Part shown: positions 26,344 to 33,616 of the stretch, piece by piece
How positions within the stretch are numbered: position 1 is the stretch's first letter
Layout of the letters: each line of letters begins with the position of its first letter
IMG/VR virus record: IMGVR_UViG_3300032322_001385
Location: 1-50,653 of that record
DNA length: 50,653 bases
Strand: one strand, 5' to 3'
Origin: a virus
Lineage: Duplodnaviria; Caudoviricetes
Translations under genes and position numbers: made by a program
The notes under the pieces: generated by a model
Database searches by the model: none
What the model saw: the letters and a program-made list of their open reading frames with translations, nothing else
Told to the model about the DNA's origin: nothing

Positions 26344-26618
26344 GCCACCACCTCCACCACCATCCGGCGCAGGGTGGTGAGCACTTGGTGGCTCACTGAG
26401 CTGGCCTGCAGATATGTCATTTGGTGATCGATCAGGGCAACCACCTTCCAGCGCATCGCCTCGCCGCCTGGCAGCAAGGCGGCGAGGCCCTCGGTAGTAG
26501 TGGTGAGCCGCTCAAATGCTCGCGCCACGACCGCGGCCTCCGCATCAACTGCCGCGCGATCGGCGATCAGCTCATCCAGCAGCGAATCCAGCTGCTGGCG
26601 GGTTTCGGTGAGGGTCAT
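26340..26618 (-). CDS. Hypothetical helical protein
   Basis: Coupled ORF in the leftward operon. Confidence 0.65.
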   Translation of the reverse strand: MTLTETRQQLDSLLDELIADRAAVDAEAAVVARAFERLTTTTEGLAALLPGGEAMRWKVVALIDHQMTYLQASSVSHQVLTTLRRMVVEVVA

Positions 26619-27169
26619 CAGAACGGCACCGCACCGGGCCGGCTGCCCGGCTTGGTAAGCCGGACCATGCCGATCTCGCAGCGGGTGGTGCGCTCGGCGT
26701 CCTCGAACACTGGGCCCAGGTTCTGGCCGTTGCCATAAGCCGAGATCAACGTGCGCAGCTCCCGGCTAGCCCTGGAGCTCCAGCGGTCAGTGGAGATGGT
26801 GTTCCAGTTGCACAGCGCCACGATCTCGCAGCCGGCCGGGGCCACCTTCCAGGCATGGAGGATGTGGTGCTCGTCGGCGCTGAAGGGCGGGTTCATCACC
26901 ACTAGGTCAGCGTGGCTGATCTGGTCGGCGGTGACCTTGAGCCAGTCGGCGCTGATCAGGCGGCTGTCGGAGATGCCGGCCAAGATCGACCTGAGCTTCG
27001 GTTCGGGCTCCACCGCCAGCACTTCAGCGGCGCCGCGCTCGAGGCAGGCCTTGATCAGGTTGCCGCTGCCAGCGGATGGCTCGACAACGGTGCGGCCGCG
27101 CAGATCGAGCGGGTCGAGCATCATGGCCGCCACCAGCTCAGGCGTGGGGTAGAAGTCGGGGTTGAACAT
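26618..27169 (-). CDS. SAM-dependent amino-methyltransferase (N6-adenine type), short 183-aa form
   Basis: DFYPTP, VEPSAGSGNL (motif I), VVMNPPFS (motif IV). Confidence 0.85.
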   Translation of the reverse strand: MFNPDFYPTPELVAAMMLDPLDLRGRTVVEPSAGSGNLIKACLERGAAEVLAVEPEPKLRSILAGISDSRLISADWLKVTADQISHADLVVMNPPFSADEHHILHAWKVAPAGCEIVALCNWNTISTDRWSSRASRELRTLISAYGNGQNLGPVFEDAERTTRCEIGMVRLTKPGSRPGAVPF

Positions 27170-27456
27170 CAGGCCACCTCCCGAGGCTTGCCCAGGAGTT
27201 CCAATCGGTCGAGCCACACGATGGTGTGCGCCTGCTGCTCTTCGATCGGCCGCAAGGTGCCGATCACGCCAACGAGGCTGTCCTCGTCCATCGACTCAAA
27301 GCTTTCGATGTCGGTTTGGCGGTGCGCGTGGCACTCGACAACAAGCTCAGGCCGCTGGTCCTTGTCATTGAAGGTCAGCAGAAACGAGACGTGATCGGAG
27401 TGGCATTGCAGCCGCGAGGCGCGGCCGACGAGGGTGATGCTGAAGCGCTTGGCCAT
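27169..27456 (-). CDS. Divergent SSB-like OB-fold protein lacking the acidic tail
   Basis: SITLVGRA...SLVGVIGTL...DRLELLGKPR mirrors the SSB core. Confidence 0.6.
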   Translation of the reverse strand: MAKRFSITLVGRASRLQCHSDHVSFLLTFNDKDQRPELVVECHAHRQTDIESFESMDEDSLVGVIGTLRPIEEQQAHTIVWLDRLELLGKPREVA

Positions 27457-27492
27457 GGTGCTGATAGCGATGAGGTGAAGATGGGCTGCCGC

Positions 27493-27678
27493 TCAAGCAG
27501 CGAACAGAACTGACTCGCAGCAAGGGCAATGGGTGTCAGGGTCTACTTGCACAAGGCTGATCACCGCGTCAGGGCGGGCATCGCGAGCTTGATCGGCTGC
27601 CTTCATGGCACGGCCGTGGCTCATGTCACGGCTGGCAGCCATGCCGTTGACGCGGATGAAATATTTGGTGCGGGGCAT
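27493..27678 (-). CDS. Hypothetical protein (61 aa)
   Basis: MPRTKYFIRVNG internal start of the track ORF, downstream of a short intergenic gap. Confidence 0.55.
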   Translation of the reverse strand: MPRTKYFIRVNGMAASRDMSHGRAMKAADQARDARPDAVISLVQVDPDTHCPCCESVLFAA

Positions 27679-27755
27679 TTGCTTAATGGGGTGGGTGGCC
27701 GTCTCCGGCCGTGAGTGAATCATCCCCCGCCACACCCCCGCCCGAACAGCGTCGT

Positions 27756-28217
27756 TCACACGCTGTAACAATCCATTGGTGTGGAGACGAGCTGCCACTG
27801 CTTTCGCATCACCAGCTGCCTGCCGATCAGAAAGCTCTTCATCGTTGCTTGCGGAATCTTCCGCCTTCGAGCCCACTCCCATCGGTCGCTGATCGGCACC
27901 CTGTAGTGGATACGGCAGCGGATGTTCTTCACCACCCAGGCGGGCTCATCGTCCGGCCGCGGCCGATCGCCCTCGGCCTTCTTCACCCACCAAATCCAGG
28001 TGCCATTGCTGACGAGCGTCGATCGCCGCAACAGGCCCATGGACTCCAGCTTCAGGATGCTGTTGTTCAGCGTCTCCCGTTCGGTGCCCAGCTGCTCAGC
28101 CAGGTCGCCCAGCGTCGGCCACCACCCTGGGCACAGCTGCTCGATCTGAACCAGGACAAGTAACAGTTCAGACCGGTGGCGCCGCCGCAGCGACGCCAGA
28201 AACTCCGGTTCGATCAC
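27756..28217 (-). CDS. Winged-HTH DNA-binding protein
   Basis: PTLGDLAEQLGTERETLNNSILKLESMGLL. Confidence 0.7.
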   Translation of the reverse strand: MIEPEFLASLRRRHRSELLLVLVQIEQLCPGWWPTLGDLAEQLGTERETLNNSILKLESMGLLRRSTLVSNGTWIWWVKKAEGDRPRPDDEPAWVVKNIRCRIHYRVPISDRWEWARRRKIPQATMKSFLIGRQLVMRKQWQLVSTPMDCYSV

Positions 28218-28220
28218 GGC

Positions 28221-28787
28221 TCAGAACGGCGGGTCGTCGTATCCGCCGGCCGGGGGCTGGCTGTTCCACACCGGCGGCGGCTGGAGCGCCGGCTGCCCTT
28301 GAGGCTGTTGCTGCTGTGGAGGGGCTGCTGCTGCCGCGATCTCTGCAGGGCTGTATGCCCGGGTGAGGTCGTAGCCACCGTTGGCCGCCGCCGCTTGAGC
28401 TGGAGCGGCTGCAGTCGCCGGGGCCGCGGCAGTCTGCTGCTGGCCCTGCTGCTGCTGGCCGCTCTCGCCCAGCTTCTCGAACGCCTCCACCGTGAACTTT
28501 TCCGCCAGACCCTGTTGACCATCACGCCGCGTGAACAGCTCCGGGGCCTCCACCCTGCCCACCAGAAACACCTTGTCCCCCTTCCGGAGGATGTCCGTGA
28601 TGATCTCCGCCGTCTTGCCCCAGGCCGTGCACTTCACCCACCGTGCTGGCTGCTCACTCCCCTGGCGGCGCGGCTGTCGCACCGCCAGGGAGAAGTCGAC
28701 TACCACCCGTGGTTGACCATTGATCTCCAGCGTCCTCAGCTCGGGGTCTCGGCCGAGGTTGCCTGTGAGTTGTCCGATGAAAGCCAT
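28221..28787 (-). CDS. ssb: Single-stranded DNA-binding protein
   Basis: LTGNLGRDPELR, WVKCTAWGKTAE, LRKGDKVFLVGR, Q/P-rich linker, YDDPPF tail. Confidence 0.95.
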   Translation of the reverse strand: MAFIGQLTGNLGRDPELRTLEINGQPRVVVDFSLAVRQPRRQGSEQPARWVKCTAWGKTAEIITDILRKGDKVFLVGRVEAPELFTRRDGQQGLAEKFTVEAFEKLGESGQQQQGQQQTAAAPATAAAPAQAAAANGGYDLTRAYSPAEIAAAAAPPQQQQPQGQPALQPPPVWNSQPPAGGYDDPPF

Positions 28788-28960
28788 GATGAATCGAGTT
28801 TCTCGTATGCGTGAATCCCCTCTGCGGGGTAGAGCACCCGGCTGCCAACCCGGATGAATGGCGGGCCCTTGCCCGCATAGCGCCAGTTGGCCAACGTCTG
28901 GTCACTAAGCCGCCACCGATCGGCGACTTCCTTACTCGTCAGATACGCACGTTCAGCCAT
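28736..28960 (-). CDS. Excisionase/AlpA-like HTH protein
   Basis: YLTSKEVADRWRLSDQTLANWRYAGKGPPFIRVGSRVLY. Confidence 0.85.
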   Translation of the reverse strand: MAERAYLTSKEVADRWRLSDQTLANWRYAGKGPPFIRVGSRVLYPAEGIHAYEKLDSSWLSSDNSQATSAETPS

Positions 28961-28972
28961 AGGCCGCACTCC

Positions 28973-29881
28973 TTAGAAGGGGTCATCAGCAACCACTTCT
29001 GGCTGCAATACTTTCTGCTCCGCAACATCCGCGACAGGCGAGGTTTCGTCAGAATCCGCCGGCGACACTGCAACGGTTTCGTTGGCAGCTGCGATCTGAC
29101 GGTTGAGCGCCGCCACTGTCACCGGCTCCGCCTCAAGCGCGGGCTGCGCGGGCTGCGCGGGCTGCGCGGGCTGCTCATCGACCACCGCCACCTGCGTCAC
29201 ACCCTGGCTCAGCGCGTTGTCGCTCTGCAGCACCTGGTCGAGGTCGTTGCTGCTCGGCAGACGCTTCGCCAACCTGCGGATCACGGTCTTCTTCGCCATC
29301 TCGCCCCACTCGCTCGCCCAGCAAGCCTTGCCGATGCCCGTGGCCTTCGCGCGGATCTTCTCCACCTGCGCCACGCTCATCACCTCGCGCTGGATGTCGC
29401 CATCCCGAAATTTGGCAATGGCGTAGACGCACAGTGACTTGCCCCCCTGCTGGGCCAGGTTTGGCTTGTGGTGGATCCGCTCGTTGTCGCCCAGCTCGAA
29501 GTCGAACTCATCGCCTTCGTAGACGACGTGGGCCCTGATGCTGCTGATCTCGCCCGACTGACGGATCTTTTTCAGGATGCCTCCCACCATCGGCAGGTAA
29601 GCCACCGTTTTCCCGCCGCTCTGGCGGTCGTTGTAGACGCTCAGGCCGGCCTCACGGCCATCGAGCAGCAGGCCATCCTGAGCAGCCTTCATGCAGGCGC
29701 TCATCAGCGTCCGCCGGTCTGCTCCCAGCAGGTCCGGCTGCATCTGCACCGCCGTGACGACAGTGCGAATGAAACGGTCGGCAGGGATCGCAGACGGCAG
29801 GGCCGTCTCGAACTCCCGGGTCATGCGGCCCAAATCAGCGCGAAGCTGACTTACCTGGGCTGGTAGTTGAAGCTGGCTCAT
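28973..29881 (-). CDS. recT: RecT-family single-strand annealing protein
   Basis: ALPSAIPADRFIR, AAQDGLLLDGRE, VVYEGDEF, EMAKKTVIRRLAKRLP. Confidence 0.93.
   Translation of the reverse strand: MSQLQLPAQVSQLRADLGRMTREFETALPSAIPADRFIRTVVTAVQMQPDLLGADRRTLMSACMKAAQDGLLLDGREAGLSVYNDRQSGGKTVAYLPMVGGILKKIRQSGEISSIRAHVVYEGDEFDFELGDNERIHHKPNLAQQGGKSLCVYAIAKFRDGDIQREVMSVAQVEKIRAKATGIGKACWASEWGEMAKKTVIRRLAKRLPSSNDLDQVLQSDNALSQGVTQVAVVDEQPAQPAQPAQPALEAEPVTVAALNRQIAAANETVAVSPADSDETSPVADVAEQKVLQPEVVADDPF
29138..29173. repeat. Perfect 9-bp tandem repeat (cgcgggctg)x4 encoding QPA x4 in the RecT tail
   Basis: Read directly. Confidence 0.9.
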
Positions 29882-29918
29882 TGCAAATGGTTCTCAGGAA
29901 CGAATGGTGTGATGGTGC

Positions 29919-30734
29919 TCAGTCTTTGTTCCAGCCGGGGAGATCGATCGGCTCTTGGATCTGGTCGCCGTAGCCCGGCCACAGGTTGTTCTTCCAGCAC
30001 TCGGCCAGCAGCGTCATGCCGGCAGCGATCCGACGGCGGCCGGCGTCGAGCAGGGCCTCGGAGGCGGGGTAGACCGCGACCCCATAGGGGCGTGCGTTCT
30101 CAACCACCAGGCTGAGGAACAGCTCCCCGCCCTGGGCGTCCAGGTTCCAGGCTGCTTGCACGTGGTAGTCGTAGTTGCTGATCGATCGGCAGAACTCCGC
30201 CCGGCTGGCGTCGGTTGCCGTCTTCACGTCGACCACGATCCGCCGATCCTCGCTGTGCCAGTCCGGCCGGGTCTTGCACTCCAAAGTCGTAGCCTCATCG
30301 GTCCACGTATAGGAGGCCTCACGGCGGCCAGGCAGCTCCAGCAGGAAGGCCGCGGCAGGATGCTTGCGCACCGCATCAGCCATCCGGCGCACTTCGTCCG
30401 CATCGTCGGGCGTCAGCACGATCTTGCCTTTGCTCTCGGCTTCGAACTCTGCAGCCAGTTCCTTGCCCACCTTGGTGCGGCGGTCGAAAGTCTGCTTCGG
30501 CACCGCGATGGTGCTGTCCCAGAGCTGCGGCTCCAGGATCGCCGTGTGGAGGGCTGTGCCCTTGAGCATGGCGTCGGTGGGCGGCTTCTTCTCTCGATCC
30601 TCAGCGAGGAAGCGATCGAAGTAATGAAGCGGGCTGCGCTTCAGCTCTTTGATCTGGCTCGGGCTGACGGCCTTGAGGTGGTGGTAGTCCTCATTGCTGA
30701 GGTCGGTGTGATGAATGAGCTTCGGGGCCATCAA
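29919..30734 (-). CDS. RecE/exonuclease VIII-like PD-(D/E)XK nuclease (DUF3799-like)
   Basis: SNEDYH, GTALHTAILEP, CKTRPDW, VDVKT, YHVQAAW; adjacent to recT. Confidence 0.9.
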   Translation of the reverse strand: MMAPKLIHHTDLSNEDYHHLKAVSPSQIKELKRSPLHYFDRFLAEDREKKPPTDAMLKGTALHTAILEPQLWDSTIAVPKQTFDRRTKVGKELAAEFEAESKGKIVLTPDDADEVRRMADAVRKHPAAAFLLELPGRREASYTWTDEATTLECKTRPDWHSEDRRIVVDVKTATDASRAEFCRSISNYDYHVQAAWNLDAQGGELFLSLVVENARPYGVAVYPASEALLDAGRRRIAAGMTLLAECWKNNLWPGYGDQIQEPIDLPGWNKD

Positions 30735-30967
30735 ATGAGCCCCTCCTGCACACGACGAACCAGCTCTTGATTCACGTCGTTCAGGCGGGAAAGCAGCTGG
30801 TGCGTGGTCAACGCACGCTCAGACATCAGCGGGCTTCCACGCAAAGACTCGGCCTGCGCTTTCAGCAGTTCAGTCTTGGCTTTAAGGTGCTCCAGCTCGG
30901 CTTGGTCAATGTCCATACCCTGTGAATAGCGGGGGTCGCTTTGAACCATAACTGCCTCCCTGCCCAT
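30731..30967 (-). CDS. Hypothetical coiled-coil protein, first gene of the leftward operon (start uncertain)
   Basis: Stop overlaps the exonuclease start. Confidence 0.55.
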   Translation of the reverse strand: MGREAVMVQSDPRYSQGMDIDQAELEHLKAKTELLKAQAESLRGSPLMSERALTTHQLLSRLNDVNQELVRRVQEGLI

Positions 30968-31075
30968 ACTTCCGCCTCCCGCTGAATCCCGTTACATACT
31001 GTGACAAAGCATTGATTTCGGCTGATAATCTGCGATCCTTGACGCTACGTCAACCGCCAACCTCTCGCCTCTCGC
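30968..31075. promoter_or_regulatory. Divergent early promoter region with an HLR1-like direct repeat (30991-31008)
   Basis: AT-richer gap between divergent operons; GTTACATA-CT-GTGACAAA. Confidence 0.55.
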
Positions 31076-32554
31076 ATGCTCGCGCTCAGGCCCTTTCAGG
31101 TCACCGCAACAGAGGAGATCCGCCATGCCTACAGGCTCGGGCATCGCACCCTCTTGTTCGTGCTGCCCACCGGCGGCGGCAAGACCTTCACCTTCGTCCA
31201 CGTCGCCGAGCGGGCCGCCGCGCGCAACAACCGCACGCTCATCCTCGTGCACCGTCAGGAGCTGGTCGATCAGGCTTCACGCGCTATCGATGCCGTCGGC
31301 TGCCCCCATGGCGTCATCGCCTCCGGCTACCGCATGGACCTGCGCTTCCCCGTGCAGGTCGCATCCGTGCAGACACTTGTGAAGCGGCTGCACCTCATCC
31401 CACCGGACTGGTTCCAGCTGGTGGTCGTCGACGAGGCCCACCACGCCGTCGCCGGCACCTGGGCCACCATCCTCACGGCCATGCCCAACGCCCGGGTGCT
31501 TGGCGTCACCGCCACGCCAGAGCGGCTCGACGGGAAGGGCCTCAGCGGCATGTTCCAGGTGATGATCCTCGGCCCCGACGCCGCATGGCTCACGGACGAG
31601 GGCTTCCTTACCCGCGCGAAGATCTACCACCCCAAGGGCCTCGACCTGTCGATGGTCAAGCGGGTCGACAGTCGCAAGGGCAAGCAGGAGGCCGGCGAGA
31701 TCCTTCGCCGCCGGCAGTTCATGGGCGATGCCGTCACCCACTACCGACGCACCATCGCCCCGCTCCACAACGGCACCGCCATCGCCTTCACGCCCAACCT
31801 GGAGGTGGCCACCACGCTCTCCGAGGCATTCCGGGATGCTGGCATCACCTCGGCCGTCATCGACGGGAAGCTCGATCGTGGGCACCGCCGGCGCATGATC
31901 CGCGACCTCGGCGATGCTTCCCTCAAGGTGCTCGTCAGCGTCGACGTGATCTCAGAGGGCACCGATATTCCCTCCGTCGCTGGCGCGATCCTCTACAGGC
32001 CCACCGACTCGCTCACCCTCTTCCTGCAGCAGGTCGGCCGCGTGCTCAGGCCTATCTACGCACCAGGCTTCGATCTCGACACCACCTCCGGCCGCCTGGC
32101 CGCCATCGAGCGCGGAGGCAAGCCCTTCGCCGTCATCAACGATCACGTCGGCAACAGCTACATCGGCGACGTCCTCAAGCACGGCACACCCACCGACTAC
32201 CGCCCCTGGTCTCTCGAAGGGAAGGTGGCCCGCGAGAAGTCACAGTCCGCAGCGCCACCGATCAAGATCTGCCCGTCTTGCCTTTGTCAGATCCCAGCGA
32301 TCTCCAACCCCTGCCCTGAGTGCGGACATCAGTTCCAAGTGGTCGTCCGAGAGATGCAGGTCGTCGAAGGTGACCTTGAAGAGCTCGATCCCGAGCTGGC
32401 CAAGCGCCAAAGTCGACGCGAAGTGGCCCAGGCCCGCACCAAGGAAGAGCTCGAAGCGATCGCCAAGGAGCGCGGCTATAAGGCAGGCTGGGTTACTCAC
32501 ATGCTCAACGCCCGAGGGGGCCGTAACAGTTATGCCCAAGCGCAGTTCCGATGA
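31076..32554 (+). CDS. Superfamily 2 DEAH helicase with C-terminal zinc finger
   Basis: LRPFQ, LPTGGGKT, DEAHH, TATPERLDG, EGTDIP, QQVGRVLR, CPSC..CPEC. Confidence 0.96.
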   Translation: MLALRPFQVTATEEIRHAYRLGHRTLLFVLPTGGGKTFTFVHVAERAAARNNRTLILVHRQELVDQASRAIDAVGCPHGVIASGYRMDLRFPVQVASVQTLVKRLHLIPPDWFQLVVVDEAHHAVAGTWATILTAMPNARVLGVTATPERLDGKGLSGMFQVMILGPDAAWLTDEGFLTRAKIYHPKGLDLSMVKRVDSRKGKQEAGEILRRRQFMGDAVTHYRRTIAPLHNGTAIAFTPNLEVATTLSEAFRDAGITSAVIDGKLDRGHRRRMIRDLGDASLKVLVSVDVISEGTDIPSVAGAILYRPTDSLTLFLQQVGRVLRPIYAPGFDLDTTSGRLAAIERGGKPFAVINDHVGNSYIGDVLKHGTPTDYRPWSLEGKVAREKSQSAAPPIKICPSCLCQIPAISNPCPECGHQFQVVVREMQVVEGDLEELDPELAKRQSRREVAQARTKEELEAIAKERGYKAGWVTHMLNARGGRNSYAQAQFR

Positions 32555-32924
32555 AGGCAAGGTCTCGGCTGACATCGCCCTGGCCTTTGGCCACGGAGAC
32601 TGCCGCCTGCTCCGCAACAACGTCGGCGGGCTCTACGCCAAGGATGGCCGCTTCGTCGCCTACGGCCTCGGCTCGATGGGCGGGAAGATCTTGCCCGGCA
32701 CCCTCGACTGGATCGGCTGGCGCACCATCACCATCACGCCCGACATGGTCGGCCGTCGCGTCGCGATCTTCGCCGCCATCGATGCCAAGGATCTGGCGAA
32801 GCCGCGGACCGAGCAGATCACCTTCACCAACAACGTCATCGCCGCCGGCGGCCTGGCCGGCTTCGCGCACAACGTCGAAGAGGCCCGGGCCATCCTCTAC
32901 CCCAGCTGGCTGCCTCCTGCGTAA
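32532..32924 (+). CDS. VRR-NUC-like nuclease
   Basis: RLLRNNVG...YGL...GTLDWIGW...AIDAK...EQITF...AGGLAG. Confidence 0.85.
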   Translation: MPKRSSDEGKVSADIALAFGHGDCRLLRNNVGGLYAKDGRFVAYGLGSMGGKILPGTLDWIGWRTITITPDMVGRRVAIFAAIDAKDLAKPRTEQITFTNNVIAAGGLAGFAHNVEEARAILYPSWLPPA

Positions 32925-32994
32925 CGCATTGTTACCACCGACGTGCAGCAGGGACACTCTGCCCGTAGCGTTCATGGGCACCAACGCACGCCCC

Positions 32995-33246
32995 ATGACA
33001 CTCTCCCTCGAAACCGCTCAGCATCGCCTGCGCAAGCTCTACCGCGACGCTCACCACTGCGAACCACCCTCCGAAGGGCACCTCTACAACTGGGCCGGCA
33101 AACCCGAACTCTGGGCTGAGCATCAGATCCGTTTCCGCGGCTGGTCCTACCACGCCACCGAGGCCACCGTCCGGGAGGCCCGCCGGCTCTTCAATCGCGT
33201 CAGCGTCATCACCCTCCCCCAGGAGCAAGACGAGCCCACACCATGA
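32995..33246 (+). CDS. Hypothetical protein (83 aa)
   Basis: MTLSLETAQ start after a short gap; coupled downstream. Confidence 0.55.
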   Translation: MTLSLETAQHRLRKLYRDAHHCEPPSEGHLYNWAGKPELWAEHQIRFRGWSYHATEATVREARRLFNRVSVITLPQEQDEPTP

Positions 33247-33428
33247 CCGCCCCCAGGCTGCTCGCCTACACCGTCACTGCGCACCGCCAGGGCCGGCCCA
33301 CCCCGGCCCGCTACACCTTCATGGCAACCGGGCCCGCTGCCGCCATCACCATGGCGCAGGAGCTGCTCCCTGATCACCTCATCTCCACCGCCCTGCTCCA
33401 CCCCGACTGGGACGACGAACTCGCATGA
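33243..33428 (+). CDS. Hypothetical protein
   Basis: ATGA overlaps at both ends. Confidence 0.65.
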   Translation: MTAPRLLAYTVTAHRQGRPTPARYTFMATGPAAAITMAQELLPDHLISTALLHPDWDDELA

Positions 33429-33616
33429 GCACACCCGGCGTTCAAGCATTCCGCGACTCGGTCACCTTCACCGCCGGCATCGGCTACGAGCGCCGACGCA
33501 TGACCGAGCGACTCCTCCAGCGGGCCGCCGATCTGCGCGACCTCCCAGGCCCTACCTCACGCTCCGTTCAGGCAGAGCTTCGCCGCCTGGCCGATGAGCT
33601 GGAGGCCATGCCCTGA
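33425..33616 (+). CDS. Hypothetical protein
   Basis: Coupled to the primase start (TGATG). Confidence 0.6.
   Translation: MSTPGVQAFRDSVTFTAGIGYERRRMTERLLQRAADLRDLPGPTSRSVQAELRRLADELEAMP

Noticed and set aside
29138-29173. 9-bp tandem repeat as a phase-variation switch or CRISPR-like array
   Set aside because: The unit is in frame, has no spacers and lies in a disordered linker, so copy changes would not switch the gene off.
32921-32935. NtcA site (GTAACGCATTGTTAC)
   Set aside because: Spacing is GTA-N9-TAC rather than GTA-N8-TAC. Kept only as a weak HLR1-like or palindromic operator candidate.
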